Shown here: positions 49,276-63,717 of the stretch, one piece after another | How positions within the stretch are numbered: position 1 is the first letter of the stretch | Layout of the letters: each line of letters starts with the position of its first letter | Assembly: GCA_977017645.1 (NCBI GenBank) | Contig: OZ360219.1 | Span: 289,416,001-289,480,000, forward strand | DNA length: 64,000 bases | Direction: 5' to 3' | From: Torpedo marmorata | Taxonomy: Eukaryota | The notes under the pieces: generated by a model | Database searches by the model: none | The model's input: only the letters and a program-made list of their open reading frames with translations | Told to the model about the DNA's origin: nothing | Program-made: the position numbers and the translations under genes

Positions 49276-49799
49276 TTTGTCAACCGGCTGCATCACGGTC
49301 TGGTATGGGGACACCAATACCCCTGAGTGTAAAGCTCTCCAAAAGGTAGTGGACACAGCCCAGGACATCAAAGACAAAACCCTCCCCACCATCGAGAACA
49401 TCTACAAGGAACACTACCATTGGAGAGCAGCAGCAATCATCAAGGATCCACACCACCCAGCACACGCTCTGTTCTCGCTGCTACCATCAGGAAAGAGGTA
49501 TAGGTGCCACAAGACTCACACCACCAGGTTCAGGAACAGCTGCTACCCCTCAACCATCAGACTCAACAACAAATTCAATCAGGGACTTATTTAAGGACTC
49601 TTACTTTTGCACTTTATTGACTTTTTTCTCTTTCTGTATTGCACAGTCAGTTTGCTTACATTTCTTTATTTGTTTACATGTGTACGTTGAGTCCGTTTTT
49701 TTTGCACTGCTAATAAGTGGTAATTCTGCCTCACCCGCAGGAAAAAGAATCTCAGGGCTGTATGTGATGTATGTACTCTGACAATAAATCTGAAATCTA
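49276..49799 (+). mobile_element. Rex1/Babar-like LINE 3' fragment
   Basis: TGCITVWYGDTNTPECKALQKVVDTAQ...AAAIIKDPHHPAHALFSLLPSGKRYRCHKTHTTRFRNSCYPSTIR, tail aataaatctgaaatct. Older relatives at ~7830-8215, ~18830-19100, ~33640-34020 and ~63250-63720. Confidence 0.82.
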
Positions 49800-51534
49800 A
49801 ACTTAAAAAAAAGAGAATGTGGACTCTGGAATGATTAATCCCTTCCCTCTTGCCAAGTCCTCTACCAATCCTCATACCTCCTGCACCCTGGCTGCTTGAG
49901 ACTATGCTTTCCTATCGTGTAACCACACATGTGAGAGGCTGCCTGTTTGCCACAAGCCTGTGGTCGGTGACATGGGCTTCTGAATGTGAGCATCTTGGGC
50001 AAGCGCAGTGGTGGTGGTGGGGCAGTGGTGAGGGAGGGTATGGGTAAGATTACTGTCTAACAGCCTTGGCAATGCTTTCTACATTGTGTGCCTGTCATAT
50101 ATTGCTGGGCTCCATCACCGCTCTCCCAGCATGGAGCAGCAATGTTAAACTAATTCACTTTCCCAGCACTGAGAGCTTAATCAAAGCTTGCTGCTTTGGG
50201 CCAATGCTGGGTCACAGCGGTTCTCACTGTTAACCTTCACATGCGAGTCAAACCAATAATGCAAGCCATTTATTTTTTCCCTGGCACTCAGCAGATATTG
50301 GCTGACAGATTTGCAGTGAGGGAGATGTTGCTCTGCAGACAGATATGGCCAAGAACATTGTCTCCCTGACCTCAGCACTGACAGAGAACTCACTGACTGC
50401 CAACACAAAGTGATTTAATTTCACTGAACAAAAATATTTATGAGGCAGTGGGGAACAAAGTTATGAGCTGTGGGAAAAGACTACATCAGCCCTGGATCAG
50501 AGGTGTGCTCATGCTCAATCAAGCACTCACTGTGAGGCACATTTGCAAGTGTCTGTATGAGGATGGGAATGAAGGCAAACTGCCTAAAATAACTTCTTGA
50601 ACTGATGATTAGGGCCCCAACTTCCAGCTGCTGCGTTCAGATTTCCAATGTTGAGCAAGGCTTTCCCTTGAAACATTGGAGAATCTTTCTGGGGGTTTCT
50701 GCTCCTTGTAGGCTCAAGATGTGCCAAACTCAAACATTCCTCTCAAAATACTGTCACCCACAGGGGACATTCCAAGTGTATCATTATTATATCAAGCTCA
50801 GCTTTCTTTCAATCTTGTGGCATGCTTTCTAAACCCTTTTGTAACAGAGCTTTATTTGTGCCTTTGTGTTCCCTGGTATGACAACTGGCAGATTTAACAT
50901 CTGGCATCATTTTGAGCCTTTCAGCACTGTGCTGGATTGTTACAGGTCCTTTGGTTTATCATCGCGTCCTATGAACTCTCCGTTGCATCTGATGTCCAAC
51001 ACGGGAGAAACCTTTTCCGACTAAATCTTGCAAAGATTTCGGACTCTACCTCACTCTACGTTCCCTCCCTCCATCTGGCCAGCTGGTAAGGCTGAAAAGT
51101 TTTCAATTTGCATCCCATTTGTCAATAAGTTCTGATACCGTCCCACATCTGCTCTGTCAGCAGGACCTCCTTCCATAACACCACCTGTTTAACTCAGCTT
51201 CAACTCATCTACTGTTGAAATCCTCATTCATCAGGTCTTGTCCAGCTGTCATCTTCTGTTCACTGCCAGAAAGTCGGGCTCTTCCAAAATATTGTTGGTC
51301 CGAAACCATGTACCGAGCCTCCTACACCTGCCCCAGTGACTGTCTTGCCTGTAGATCTACAAAGCTTCAAATGTAAAATTCTCACCCTTTACGATTCCCT
51401 ACATCACCTCACACATTCCTTTCTCTGCAATATCCTTCAGACCGCCTTTTTTCAGTTCTGACCTCCAATCTATCACTGATCTTAATTGTTCCATTGTTGG
51501 CGGCCATGCCTTCAGCTCCCAGATCCTGGCACTA

Positions 51535-52070
51535 AATCTAAAAGTCAGGAAGTCATGTGGCAGCTGTATAAATCTTTGTTGAGACCACATTTGGAGCACT
51601 GTGTGCAGTTCTGGTTGCTGGATGACAGGAAGAATGTGACGGCTTTGGAGAGTGTGCAGAAGAGGCTCATCAGGATGCTGCCTGAATTGGAGAGCATTAA
51701 CTGTAAGGAGAGGTTGGACAAGACTGGACCGTTTTCCCTGAAGCGTCAGTGGCTGTTGGGTAGCAGAAGTTTCCAAAATTATGTGAGGCATGGATAAGGT
51801 AGAAAGTCTTTTTCCCAGATGGAAATGTCAAATACTAATGGGGATAGCTTTACAGTGAGAGGGGGAAAAGTTGAAAGGGATGTATGATTCAGGGGACGAG
51901 AGCAGATACTATAGCGATGTTTAAGAGGCATTTAGACAGAGGCATGACATGCAGGAAGAGGAGGGATATGGATTATGTGCAGGCAGATGGGATTAGTTTA
52001 ACATGGCCTCATGGTCGGGAAAGACACTGTGGGCCAAAGGGCCTGTTCCTGCTCTGTATTGTTCTATGAC
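51535..52070 (+). mobile_element. CR1 LINE 3' fragment
   Basis: KSQEVMWQLYKSLLRPHLEHCVQFWLLDDRKNVTALESVQKRLIRMLPEL, with CR1 tail. Confidence 0.88.
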
Positions 52071-52852
52071 CTTCTGGAATTCCTTCATCTCCCTTTGAAG
52101 ATGCTCACTTAAAACTCACTGGTTTGCCCAATTGTTTGGAGTCAGCCTGAACTGCATTTTGCTCGGTAACATTTTGGAACCATAGAACACTACAGATCAG
52201 AAATAGGCCCTTCAGCCCATCTAATCTGTGATTTTTCCTAACTTTTAGTAATTATTCTCCTCTTGCTGCCAACTGCTGTCTGGCTCGATGACCATATCCT
52301 CATCTTATACTCATCTACTGCACTTTTAGTAAAGTGCGTTGGGTGTTTCACCAAGTTAAAAATACTAAAGAAGTGCAAATGTTTGTTGTGATACTTAACG
52401 CTGATGTTGTGCACATTATAAGCGGCCAATGATGTGAATGGTCTTTTCAGCCTGGCAGGCTCTAGAGTAGACGAAGGTACCTTCACCAAGAGGAATGGAG
52501 GAGCTCCTCCATGTGAGACGAAAGGGACACTGCCCACCTGTGACATTCTGGGCGATAAATCGTCTCTGTGACTCCTTAGCCATCAAATATAAAAGAATCA
52601 TAAGCCCACAAGCATCTTCTTCTCAAACCGTTCCTTTCACGTTTTGTTTCAACAAAGGAGGCCATTCAGCCCACCAAGTTGATGCCGTCTCACGAAGTAA
52701 TCCCATATCCCTCTGATTTTTCCAAAATTTATTCCACCCACATTGCCATCAACGTCCCTCAATTCAATCCCTACCCACCAGGGGAAACGAACAGCGGCCA
52801 ATTAACCATTGTCTTCGGCATGTGGGAGGAAACTGGAGCACCCAAGGAAACT

Positions 52853-53065
52853 GTTAAACAAGAAAATCTGCAGACGCTTGAGTGGAGAGCAACACACAAA
52901 CGTGCTGGAGAAACTCAGCAGGTCACGCAGCATCCATAGGAAGTATAGGGTGACCTGCCTACTTTTGCTTATTCCTGATGAAAGGCTCAGGCCCAAAACA
53001 TTGGTTATCCTTTACTTCCGATGGATACTGTGTGACCTGCTGAGTTTTTCCGGCAGGTTTGTGGA
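52853..53065. mobile_element. Miniature fold-back Penelope derivative (older subfamily) with hammerhead-like motif
   Basis: tgctggagaaactcagcaggtcac ... gtgacctgctgagtttttccggca arms. ctgatgaaaggctcaggcccaaaacatt at ~52975-53002. Confidence 0.7.
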
Positions 53066-53839
53066 TTTAGCCTGGGGAAACTCACACGGTGTCATTAGGA
53101 CCGCTCATCTCCGCGATTGGGAAGGTGTTGGCCTAAGAAGGGAAACTGCTTCAGGGCACCGACAGACTTTGAGAGGGAGTGTTAGCAAAATTATTAAACT
53201 CTCGAGAATCTCACATGTAAATCAATATAATACAATCATACAAGGGGCCTTTGCTTAAATTATACTTCTCCTCCTGACTGGACACTGGTTATAGTCTGTA
53301 CCAACCAACGATCTGGCTGAAATAACTGATTCGCCAATGACAGACCTGTACCCAGGGAGATACACACAGAAAGGCCAGAGATGTGTATTAGCTGCCTAGA
53401 GAGGGGAGCCACCGTTCTGTCTCGCTTACCCAGGTCTTTCTTCTTCATGTGTATCAGCATTGATTGGCTGGATTTCTGGATAGCCACTGGCAGCCTGTTG
53501 ACTGCATTTAAATTTGCTATTGCAAACAGATGTGATGATTATGCAAGTGGGATAACATGGAGACAAAAAAAGTAAACAGAATATTGCAACACAAGAATCA
53601 ATGGCATTTATGAAATAATGCGTGAAGCCCGCACACTGCCAAAAGAGTTGAAACCTTGTGTGATGTGATTCCCCTGTGAATTACTGCAGCAGATTCCACA
53701 CATTCCCTTACAGTAGTTTTCACATCCATGTGCCGCAGCCAAACTGCCTTCAGAATGCATTCGCCGTGCTCCACAAATTCCCTGCAGTTCGGTGAACTCC
53801 GAAGCTCCAAATGCAGGCAAAGATTGACTGTCGAGGGCT

Positions 53840-54170
53840 ACAGAGCTGGGCCTGGGAGCAGGAGCTCAGGGGAAGAGGCCGGGGAAAGTGGCCGAGAGCC
53901 AGGGGCTCAGGCCTGGGAGCAGGAGCTTGGGGGAAGAGGCTGGGTAATGAGACCGAGAGCAGGAGGCTCTGGCCTGGGAGCAGGGGCTAGGGAGAAGAGG
54001 CCGAGACCAGGAGGCTCCTGCCTGAGAGCAGGAACTCGAGGGAAGAGGCCGAGAGCAGGCAGCTCCGGCCTAGGAACAGGAGCTCGGGGGAACTGGACAG
54101 GAGGAAGAGGCCAAAAGCCGGGGGAACCTGTCTGGGAGCAGGAGCTCAGGGGAAAAGCTGGGAGAGGGGG
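53840..54170. repeat. Degenerate GA-rich tandem repeat
   Basis: Recurring gcctgggagcaggagctc.ggggaagaggccgaga units. Confidence 0.75.
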
Positions 54171-56982
54171 TAGGGTTTGTGGATCAGAGGGGGCTGTGAT
54201 CCGGGGACTAGAGGCTTGGGGAAAAGGCCTGTAGGAAAGGGGCCGGGTGAGGAGGGATTGGGGTAAGAGGGGCTGTTAGCAGTGGGGATGGAGGCACATG
54301 AAAATTAAGGAAGTACTTGAATTTATATCGGCCTTGTTACCACCTTGGAAGGTTCCAAATCTCTTCACAGCCAATGAAGTAGTTTTGAAGTGCAGTTCTT
54401 GTTCCAACACAGGGAAAGAAGGTGGCAGTTCTGGATATCGCTAACAACATGAAATTAATGACCAATTTAAATGTTCTTTTCTATAACTTGTCAAGGCATA
54501 GGTTTTGGCTTGGAGTATTGTATTGGAACCCTTCCTGTTCCTCCACATCAAGGCAAGGGATCAAATGGGACTTCGAATCTCGCACAAAATGACCTGTGAA
54601 ATGGAGCAAACTGTTGCCACAGAACCAGAGCTTCAGCAAAAGATAATGTGCTCAAGGCCTGAGAATTTAATCCACTATCCTTCCTTTATTAGGCATGCTA
54701 GCTAGCCTGACACTTAATTTGGATTAAAAATGTTTTGATGAACAGATAGTGAAAGTAAGAGTAAAATTTTGAGTTTAGCAGTTACTGCTCAGAGGTAAAC
54801 TGTATTGAATTGGATCCCAAAACGAAGAGTAAAAGCACAGAAATGCTGGAGAACTCAGCAGATACAGAGGACGTAAAGATATACTACTGATGTTTCGGGC
54901 CTGAACCCTTCCTCAAGGTGACCCAAAACGGAGAGTACCTTATAGGGAGGAGGGTGGGAAGCTCTGTTTGGCAACAGTGCAGTAGACCCACTGTATTAAG
55001 TTTATCTCTGTCAGATATAATGAAGAAAATTGAACCTTGCTGCATTCCTGACAAAATCCTTCTCCAGTAAGAAGTCTATCATTCCAACAGAAATGTTGAA
55101 GAAAGAAACCTTTCATGCAGCTCATATTGCGACAACAAAAACAAGAGGAAATCCTCCACTGATCTTTTACTTCTGTAATATTTGCTGATGGAGAACTTGA
55201 TATTGTTACCAATAACAAGCCATGGTTCTGAATAAGGTTATGGATGAACAAGGATCGGTGCGTGTTGTGGGAATCACTGCAGATGTTTTATACAGCATCA
55301 CGTGCTATGCTAAGACAATTGGATTATCACCTTTCTGCTTTGCTCTGAAGCCAGAGTTAATGATTCTGTATTCAATTTGATTAAAAAGACTGGGATCCCA
55401 TTTAATAAATTGGTGCCTACCACAGATTGTGCAGTAGATGGAATGCCTGTTAATTATATAATTTGTCCATCTGATGCCTGTGAGTGCACCGCCAGGTTTA
55501 ATTAAAGATCAAATAGCCTCTCAATACTTAAAGGCACATTGCTGAGAATCCACAGGGAACATCTATAAACAGACTTATTTACTAAAGTGAAGCATTGTTT
55601 TTATTTGACCTAAGTGTGATTGCCAGAAAAACATAATTATCTTCTGTTCAAGGGGAAATATTAAACTTTAAGCAGACTTCCATTATCACTGACCCCAAGA
55701 GTATGTTCTTCTGTTGTTAAGTGTGACTACAGAAATGTCACGCAGGCTCTGGAGTAAATGAGTGCTGAGAAAGTCTGTGATGTATGCTACCTGAGTCACC
55801 TTCACTAAAGCACAGGTACTGCAGTGTAACCGGGAGACTGAGACTGTGAACTGATATCAAGAGCTGGTCCTCAAGGACATGTAATGTAAACGGCCTGTCA
55901 GATGCATCCGCTCCTTGCACCTGATCTTTTACCAAGACCGCTGTCTCTGCCCATCTCCACCTCTCCCTCCAGTACTGCAGATCCTCAGATGCACAACAAA
56001 TGAGCTCACAGCTTGCCTTTTCTTCCATGCTTGCCTCCTTAAACTAGACCATCAGGAATTCTTGCTCTCCTTCATCAACATCCAGACAAACCCATACTCT
56101 CAACAAACCTTTGTCGTTTACAGGATCTGGGCATTGCGAACTGTCCATCTCTAAATGTCCTTCAGTAGGTTGTGGTGAGACCCTTCTTGAACTGCTGTGG
56201 TCCCTCTGGTGAAGGTGCTCCTGGGAAAGAGTTATGATGAAAACCTGGGGATATATTTCCAGCTCGGAATGGGGTCTGACGCGGAGAGGAACGTACCGGT
56301 GGTGTTCTCTGGTGCTCGTTGCACTTATCCTTGGAAGAGGAGGTTGTGGGTTTGGACTCTGGAGGTGTGAGATGTACCACTGGTTCTCTTGACTGGATAA
56401 TGATGGCGTGATCCTTGTATGAGGACCCCCTCCCTCCATCTCAGTGACATCCACAGGCTCAACGTCCCCAGAAGCTCTAGCACTCCCAGGATTCTTGACA
56501 CACACCTTGATCTAGGTCCTTTGGATCCTCTTCATAGCTCTCTGTCTCACCACCTCCAATAAACCCGTCCTATAACCTGGAATCTTGTCACTTAACCCCA
56601 AGTATTGCAGATCCCTCGCACTCTGCCTGCAGGGCAGGGAACTTGAAGTCCTCCGGTGACTGACCTGACCTTGAGTAGGCGATGGAGCCCAGGGTGCCCT
56701 GTGTACTTTGTCCCAAAGAGTACCTTTTGTAATGTAGTCACAATTGTTAAGTCAGGCACAGTGAACTACCATAAATACTCAAAGACATGTTCTTAATTTT
56801 TATTCAGGAAAGCATACTAAGAAATCTTTCTGCATGAAGATAACATGAGCGCTATCAGCAAGAGAGGTATTTAAGTGAAAATTAGTGTTGAATCCCCTGT
56901 CCGTTTTGTTTTATTCCTTCTCTGCCATTTCTCAGCTATGATACGATTTTAAGCATAACCAACAAATAAGTTCACAAATCAG

Positions 56983-57740
56983 ATCAGATACTATTTATTG
57001 TTATGCAATAAAACAGAAATGTAATATTACACGAAATTGCCTTTAGCAACATTAAAGATTCGCCATTAGCATTGCCCGGCACACCTTCCAGTCAGTCACT
57101 GAGTGTCCGTGGATTTGCCTTCAGCGCTCCAGTTCAGTTCAAACCATCGGCAACCCGAGCCCAGATCCAAACCTCCGAACGATGAGGAAGCCTTCAGCGC
57201 CCAGGGCCATTCGGGAGCCCTCCTTGCCCTCAGCACCCTCTCAAATCCCAGTTCCAATACCTGGTTCTCATGAGCCAGTCTCCAGCAACCCACAGCCTGA
57301 TGTGAGTCCTTTGACCTCAAGTTGCCAGTAGACTGCAGCCTGTGTGGGTTCCTCGGCCACAAGTTGCCAGCAGCCCGCAGCCTGTGTGTGTCCTTCAGCT
57401 GCAGAGGCCCTCGCTGGTCCGCCACCATGGTCACCGTCCTTAGGGTAATCTCCTCTGTGTCTCCTTCTCAATGGGGTATGTTCTCCCCATTACTGGTGCC
57501 CTGCGCCAGTCCGCTGCTCCCCCAGAGTCTGCAACCCCTTGAGGCCGCTGCCAAACACAAGCACCACCATCTTGGGCCCAAAACCCTTGCAGTTGCAGGA
57601 TTTTAAATAAAATACCGTCGGCTCCTTTAACAGTCTGTTTATTAAGCCTGTAGGGAGCCATCGGTAGTAGGGCTGGGCGGTAGGACCCCGTGAGGGAGCG
57701 CTGCCATTACAGCAGCTCCAGCAGCGCCACCATTTTTTTT
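56983..57740 (-). mobile_element. Unclassified non-autonomous retroelement, copy 2
   Basis: Collinear with 24668-25375. Minus strand starts aaaatggtggcgctgc and ends aataaatagtatctgatctga. Confidence 0.7.
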
Positions 57741-59732
57741 AAAAAAGGATTTATTTTTCAAGCACACATGAAGAGAAATTTTGATGTGCATTCAAATCAA
57801 GTGTACCATGGTTAGAAATGAATGTTTTGTTGGAAGCGGTAGACTTATTTGGACTGGATTAACCATCACCTAACTACCTAATGCAACAAATGGGCTCCAG
57901 TTTATCCTAATCCCTTCTTTAAAATGCCGATATCCTGTGACAGAGCCAATGATGGTGACAGATTTACGTCTGGGTTACATTCCGGGCATCAGCAGCAGCA
58001 GCACACTTCCTCCCCGTGCTGCCCTCAGTCAGAGGCATCACATTACCTTCCAGGCAACCTGTGCCGATCTGGCTACCCTTTGCACTGGGTGCACACTGGG
58101 GGACTCGCCGTCTCTGTGCTGGCTCGTTACTCCAGCTGTCAAAAACTAATCCCCACCGCCGCGAGTTTCAGCAAGATGTATGTGATGTGTGGATTAACAT
58201 CATAAGCTCTGCATAAGCCCACTTCATCATAAGCCCACTTCTCTGGCTGTGTGGGCTGAAATTGGATGATGTGACATGACAACTCACTCGTATAAAACTC
58301 CTTTGCCATTGCCTTTACCAAAGGTGTTGTGCCATTTAGTTATAGAACCACAGAGTCAGGAAGAGGGATCAGGCCCCCACTGAGTCCATACTCAGTATCC
58401 TAATCCCACACTAATCCCATATTTTATTCTCCCTAACTCCCAGCAGTTTCTACCACTCACCAACACAATAGGGGCAACTTACAATGGCCAATTAACCTAA
58501 CGAACATCACTTCTCTGGCAGGAACCGGAGCATCCGGAGGAAACCCACAAGATGACAGGACAGACATGCGCACTCCACACAGACAGCACCCGAGGTCAGG
58601 ATTGAACCCAGGCCTCTAGCATGGTGAGGTGGCGGCTCTACCAGCTGCACCACCGCTGGCTCACTGCAGCTATGGCGACTGTGTTGACACAACGACCGGC
58701 CTGAGCCGACATCTGGCTGCTCTATTTGTGAGGGTGACTACTGGTTTCCTGCCAGTAATCTCCTCACCTCCAGCAAGGGGCCCAGGGCTCGCTGGTTGCT
58801 AGCTTGGATACACTTGGTCAAGCAGCAGGCCAATGAAATGCTGAGGAATTCTTTGTTATCTTTGCTTGCGGATCCAGATGGGGCGTCACCATCTGGCCCT
58901 GCTGATGTCCGCCCCCCCCCCCCTCCCCTCCCAAAAGCAATGACTTAACACCAGCCAGATGCCTGAAGCCTGAGTGCATAGAAGGCCAACCTGCTTGTAG
59001 AGCCCCGCCAGTTCACTGGGACAATTCCCAAGAGCCCCTGTGTGGGGCCTGACCTGAGCTCTTGGCTAAATTATATGGTGAACCAATGCTGGCCACTGTA
59101 TTCAGCACACTGAGAATTTGAAATAAATTTTCCTAGCTGCAGTCCTAGAAACTTTCTCAGCAGCAGGAACAATGCTTCTTTGTAATTACCATCATGTGAT
59201 CTCATGTTGTCACAATTAATCATTAGGTGGGCCAAAATAACTAACAAGCTGCCTCCTGTTGGAACTACCTGTACTCCAGGCCACACAGGTGGCTCTGATG
59301 TTGTCGCCTTGCTGTCAACAGTACACGCAGGGTGAACTGGGCAAGGCTGCTGCTGTCACCAGGAGCAGGCCTCCCCAATGAATACAGCAGTCAAGTGGGT
59401 AATGGGTGCCAGAGCCATGCCTGGTACAATGCACACGACGTAAGTGTCTGGGCTGCCTGTGCTAGCCGTGAACCGTGAACAGAGATGCTAAAACCACTCA
59501 GTGCCCACTGTCCCTGAGGCAGCAGCCCACCAGCGCAGCCCAAACCCATCCCTGTGAGGAGCCAAGTTCTAGTGTGGGACTTCCGCCTGCGAGGTCAGTG
59601 AGTGGAGGAGTCACCGAGGCCAGTGTTTGATCCGTCGTCTCTGTGTTGTCTGCTGAGAAGAGAGAGTGGAGTAAACAGTGGTGGAGCTTCGGGGGTTCAG
59701 GAAGAGGGGAGGACGTATAGATTTCCCACTCC

Positions 59733-60165
59733 CAAATGTGATGGACCAACTCAGCAAGCCACGCAGCATCCCAAGGTAACCAACATTTCGGGCCTGACCC
59801 CTTCGTCAAAAAGAAGAAAAAACAGGCAGTTCCCCACTGTTCCCCACGCTCCAGCTGCCCACTCCACTCCCTACCCTCTGCCCTCTCCCCATCACTTCTC
59901 AGCTTTTTTTTTCTTCTGCCCTCCCACCTGTCTCCACTTATTGCCTCTTACCTGTTTGTCTGTGCTCCTCCCCCTCCCCTTCCTCCCTCCTCCCCCCACC
60001 ATTTTATTCAGGCGTTTGCCTCTTTTTTTTCTTATTCCTGATGAAGGGCTCAGACCTGAAACGTTGGTTACGCTTTATTCCCATGAATCTTGCGAGATCG
60101 GCTGAGGTTTTCCAGCATTTTTGTGTGTTGCACTTGACCCCAGCATCTGCAGATTTTCTTATTTA
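59733..60165. mobile_element. Fold-back Penelope derivative with two opposed hammerhead-like motifs
   Basis: Minus motif ~59777-59810 (UUGACGA-AGGGGUCAGGCCC-GAAAU-GUU) and plus motif 60031-60071 (CUGAUGA-AGGGCUCAGACCU-GAAAC-GUU). Pyrimidine tract as in the Penelope 3' region. Confidence 0.7.
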
Positions 60166-63100
60166 GCTCCACTCCCGATGGTGTTTGAGTGGTGGGAATG
60201 GCACTGATGAATGGGGACCTCAGCAACAACTCACAGACCATACTGCACTCAGTCTCCTTCACTCTGTGTTTGCAAGGTCCTGTGCATCAGTTCAAAAAAC
60301 AGTCTTGAAAAATCTACTCCCCTGATAATATTCTGTGCTTGTAGCCATGCCAGAACCCTGCTGCTGGGTGCACAAGTACATAAAGAGACATTTTAACATT
60401 TGATGAGTGAAGTTTCATGCCCAGCACTGACTGCTGAGGAAATAAACAAGATGGCAAGTCCCAGTGAGATGGAGGAATACAGAGGCTCATTTACAAGAAG
60501 GAAAGGTTCTTTAAACTGTTGGAAGGCCTGTGGTGTGAAACACGCTCATGTAAGTTACTTATACACATGCTCACATTCATTGAAGTTGCCTCTGCTGAAC
60601 AAGGACTCAATGTTATTCCACCCACTGGGAAGTTGCCTGTGTGGGTGGTGGGGGGTGTGGGGAGAGTGACACCTTAACTGAAATGTGAACAAGGTGCAGA
60701 TATCCCTCCCTACCCCGTGTTAATGCTTGTTATGAGTCACTTGGGGATTCTCAGCATATCAAAGAGATCACGTTCTGTCCAAATCAGCAGGAATCCCATA
60801 TGACTTTCCTCTTTCAGGCACTGTCACCAATGTTATGCCCATCTACGACTATCGAGACCTTCTGGGTGAAATGGCTCGATTGGTCACTGGATGAATATTC
60901 GGTATTACAGAAACAAGTTTCATCAAGGCCCCACTCGGGTTCTGAGGTGCTCACTCTGGTCGATGAACAGCAGGAAATATCTGGTTCTGAAGGAAGGTCA
61001 GGACATGCTTTTACTCCGCAAATGATGAGTGTTTACAGCATTCCAGGCTTTTGTGAGCTGCTCCGCATTTCATCTTTGACTGATACACAAGAAAGAGTTC
61101 AAACGCAAAAATCTGCGGGTGCTGGAAATCTGAAATGGGCAGTGCTAGAAACACTCAGCCGGTCAGACAGTGGAAGGAAAAACAGAGTTACCCTTTGTAG
61201 GTTAAACATGGAATCGTACAGCATAGGAACAGGCCCTTCAACCCACGATGTTTGCACAAAACACGATGCCAAATTAAACCAAATCTCTTCTGCCCTGCAT
61301 ATTCATGTGTCTATCCAAATGTGTCTCTCAGTACTATCATACGTTGATCATCTTTCATCAGGGCTAAAAGTCAACGAGATGCAGTCCCGATGAAAGGTCA
61401 TTGACCTGAAACCTTAAGTCTGCTTCTCTCTACACAGAAACACCTGAAACTTTGGTTATATATCTTTATCTTTGCTATATAAAGTACACTGTTTGACCTG
61501 CTGAGCTTCTCCAGCCTTGTGTTTTTATTTAGGATGGTTGAAGGGCCTGATTCTGTGCTGTAGAGCTTTATAACAGTTAAGGAGGAGAAAGAATGCTGGA
61601 TCTGCCAGTGAAGCCAACCACCAAGAAAGATTTTATATAAATAGTTCTGTTGTGCATTACAACAAAAAGGAAGAGATGTTCTGAATCATGAATTAAATGG
61701 TCAAAGTTTCTATAGTCCCTCTTTCCATGCTTGACTGGTGCAGTCAAAGACCATGTCAAGTCAAGTCAAGTTTATTGTCATCTGATTGTACAAGTACAAC
61801 CTGACGAAACAGCGTTCTCCCGTCCTCGGTGCAAAACATGCAGACACAGAACCAGACATAATACACATGCAGACAAACAATACATATGCAGGACAAGTAT
61901 TTCATCCATACAAATGAATAAATAAACATTGTTTCATGAATATGAGAGTCTCGGATGGTTAGTGTGAGCAGTTCCTTTGGTTGTTCAGCATTCTCACTGC
62001 CCGTGGGAAGCTGAGGAGACGAGCACATAAACACTGCTGCGCTGGTGTTCCACATAACAAGAGCTTGAAATAACACTAAATTCGTAGCCTAAATTATTAC
62101 TGGTCATCTGCAGCTCACATTCTCCCAAAATGGTCGTGGGACTGGTTTATTTTATTTTCTTTTCCCAGTGAGTGGCATGTGTTCTCGATTACAAACCAAA
62201 GCTGGCAGTGGTGGTAAGTGTAGGTTGGGGTCAACCCCATTCACAACCCAGGTGTCACTAACTTGCCAAATACTAAGGAGATGCTCGCTGGCAGCCTGGC
62301 ACCATTAGAGCTGTTATTAGCATCCAACCTTCTGCCAGGAGCTCCCACCTGTCAGGTCACCGAGACAAGCAGAGTGGAAATATTGTCACTCAGGACATCC
62401 TATAAGAGAACCTTTCCTGTTCTGTTAAAAATCTCTCTCAAGCCAATCATTAGCCCCATAAATATCAGAAAGAGGTTTTCTCCAAGACGTGGATTAGTGG
62501 AGCTACACTCTTGCCCCACACCGTATGGATAGGAAAGGCTTGGAGGGATATGGGTCGAATGCAGGCAAATGGAACTGGCTTGGTTGGCATAGACAGGTTG
62601 GTCAAAGGGCCTGCTTCTGTGCTGTAGAACTCTATGACTCTATTCAATTCCCCTTCTGGTGCTTGCACTGTTGCTGGACTTCCTCACTGAGAGACTGCTC
62701 CAGAGGAACAGCTGATCCAGAAACCCTCTGCTTGTTCCCAGTGCTTCAGCTATATTCACAAGCTCATGCCACCATATCCAAATAAACAACACGAGGCTGC
62801 CTGTCATATTTCATTAGATACAATTTTCTGCGGCAGAATAAGAATGATACACAATTGTAAATTAACTGATGTCTCTGGGCTATTTCCAAAAGATGTGATA
62901 AATATAAAAATATGCATTTTTAAAATTAAATTATCAAATCTGTCTGGATGGAATCCTTGATCTGTAACTCACTGCTGGACATCATCGGGTAGTGGAGACA
63001 GAGCTTCTCACCACAATTAAAAGGGATCTAGACATGAATCACCAAGGCTGAGAAGGCCAGGGACTAAGTGCTGGTAAATGGGATTAGTATAGATAGGTAC

Positions 63101-63717
63101 TTGGTATGGACGTGGGAGGCCAAAAGGCCTGTTCCTTGTTTGCATCCAAAGGTGAGAACAGGCTTCCATCACCTCACATCTCTTTCCTCCCAACCTGTGC
63201 AAACCCAGCGTTGCTAGGATATAGTTTCTAGTAGATCCACGTTGATGCGATGGCCAAGAATGTGCGCCAGCACCTCTACTTCCTCAGAAGCCTGAGGAAA
63301 TGTGGCAACGTCACCTGTGTCCCTCAACAGCACTGCTCAAGTCATCACTTCAACTCCCCCCCCCGCCCCTCCTCTCCATCGACTCCGTTGATGCTTCCCA
63401 CTGCCTTGGCAAAGCAGCTAACATTTTCAAACACTCGTCCTACCCCGTTCCTACTCTCTTCTCCTTCCTCCCACTGGGAAGAAGATTCACGAGCACGAGA
63501 TCACTCAGCACCAGATTCAAGGACAGTTTCTTTCCCACTGTTTAGAATCCTGAATAAACCTTACACTCGTAAAATTACGTTGCCTTTGCTCTGTACGAAT
63601 TGATCTCTCTGTAACCCTGCACTCTGTACTTTGTTTTACTATCATTACTATGTATGCGATGTTCAACTGGACTGCTTGCAAAATAAATTTTCTCACTGCA
63701 CAGTGGCACATCTGACA

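Noticed and set aside
55738-56028. ORF with superficial resemblance to FGFR3 IgI (VLVKD...YLC)
   Set aside because: Lacks the invariant Trp and the D-x-G-x-Y-x-C motif, and I could not place convincing splice sites.
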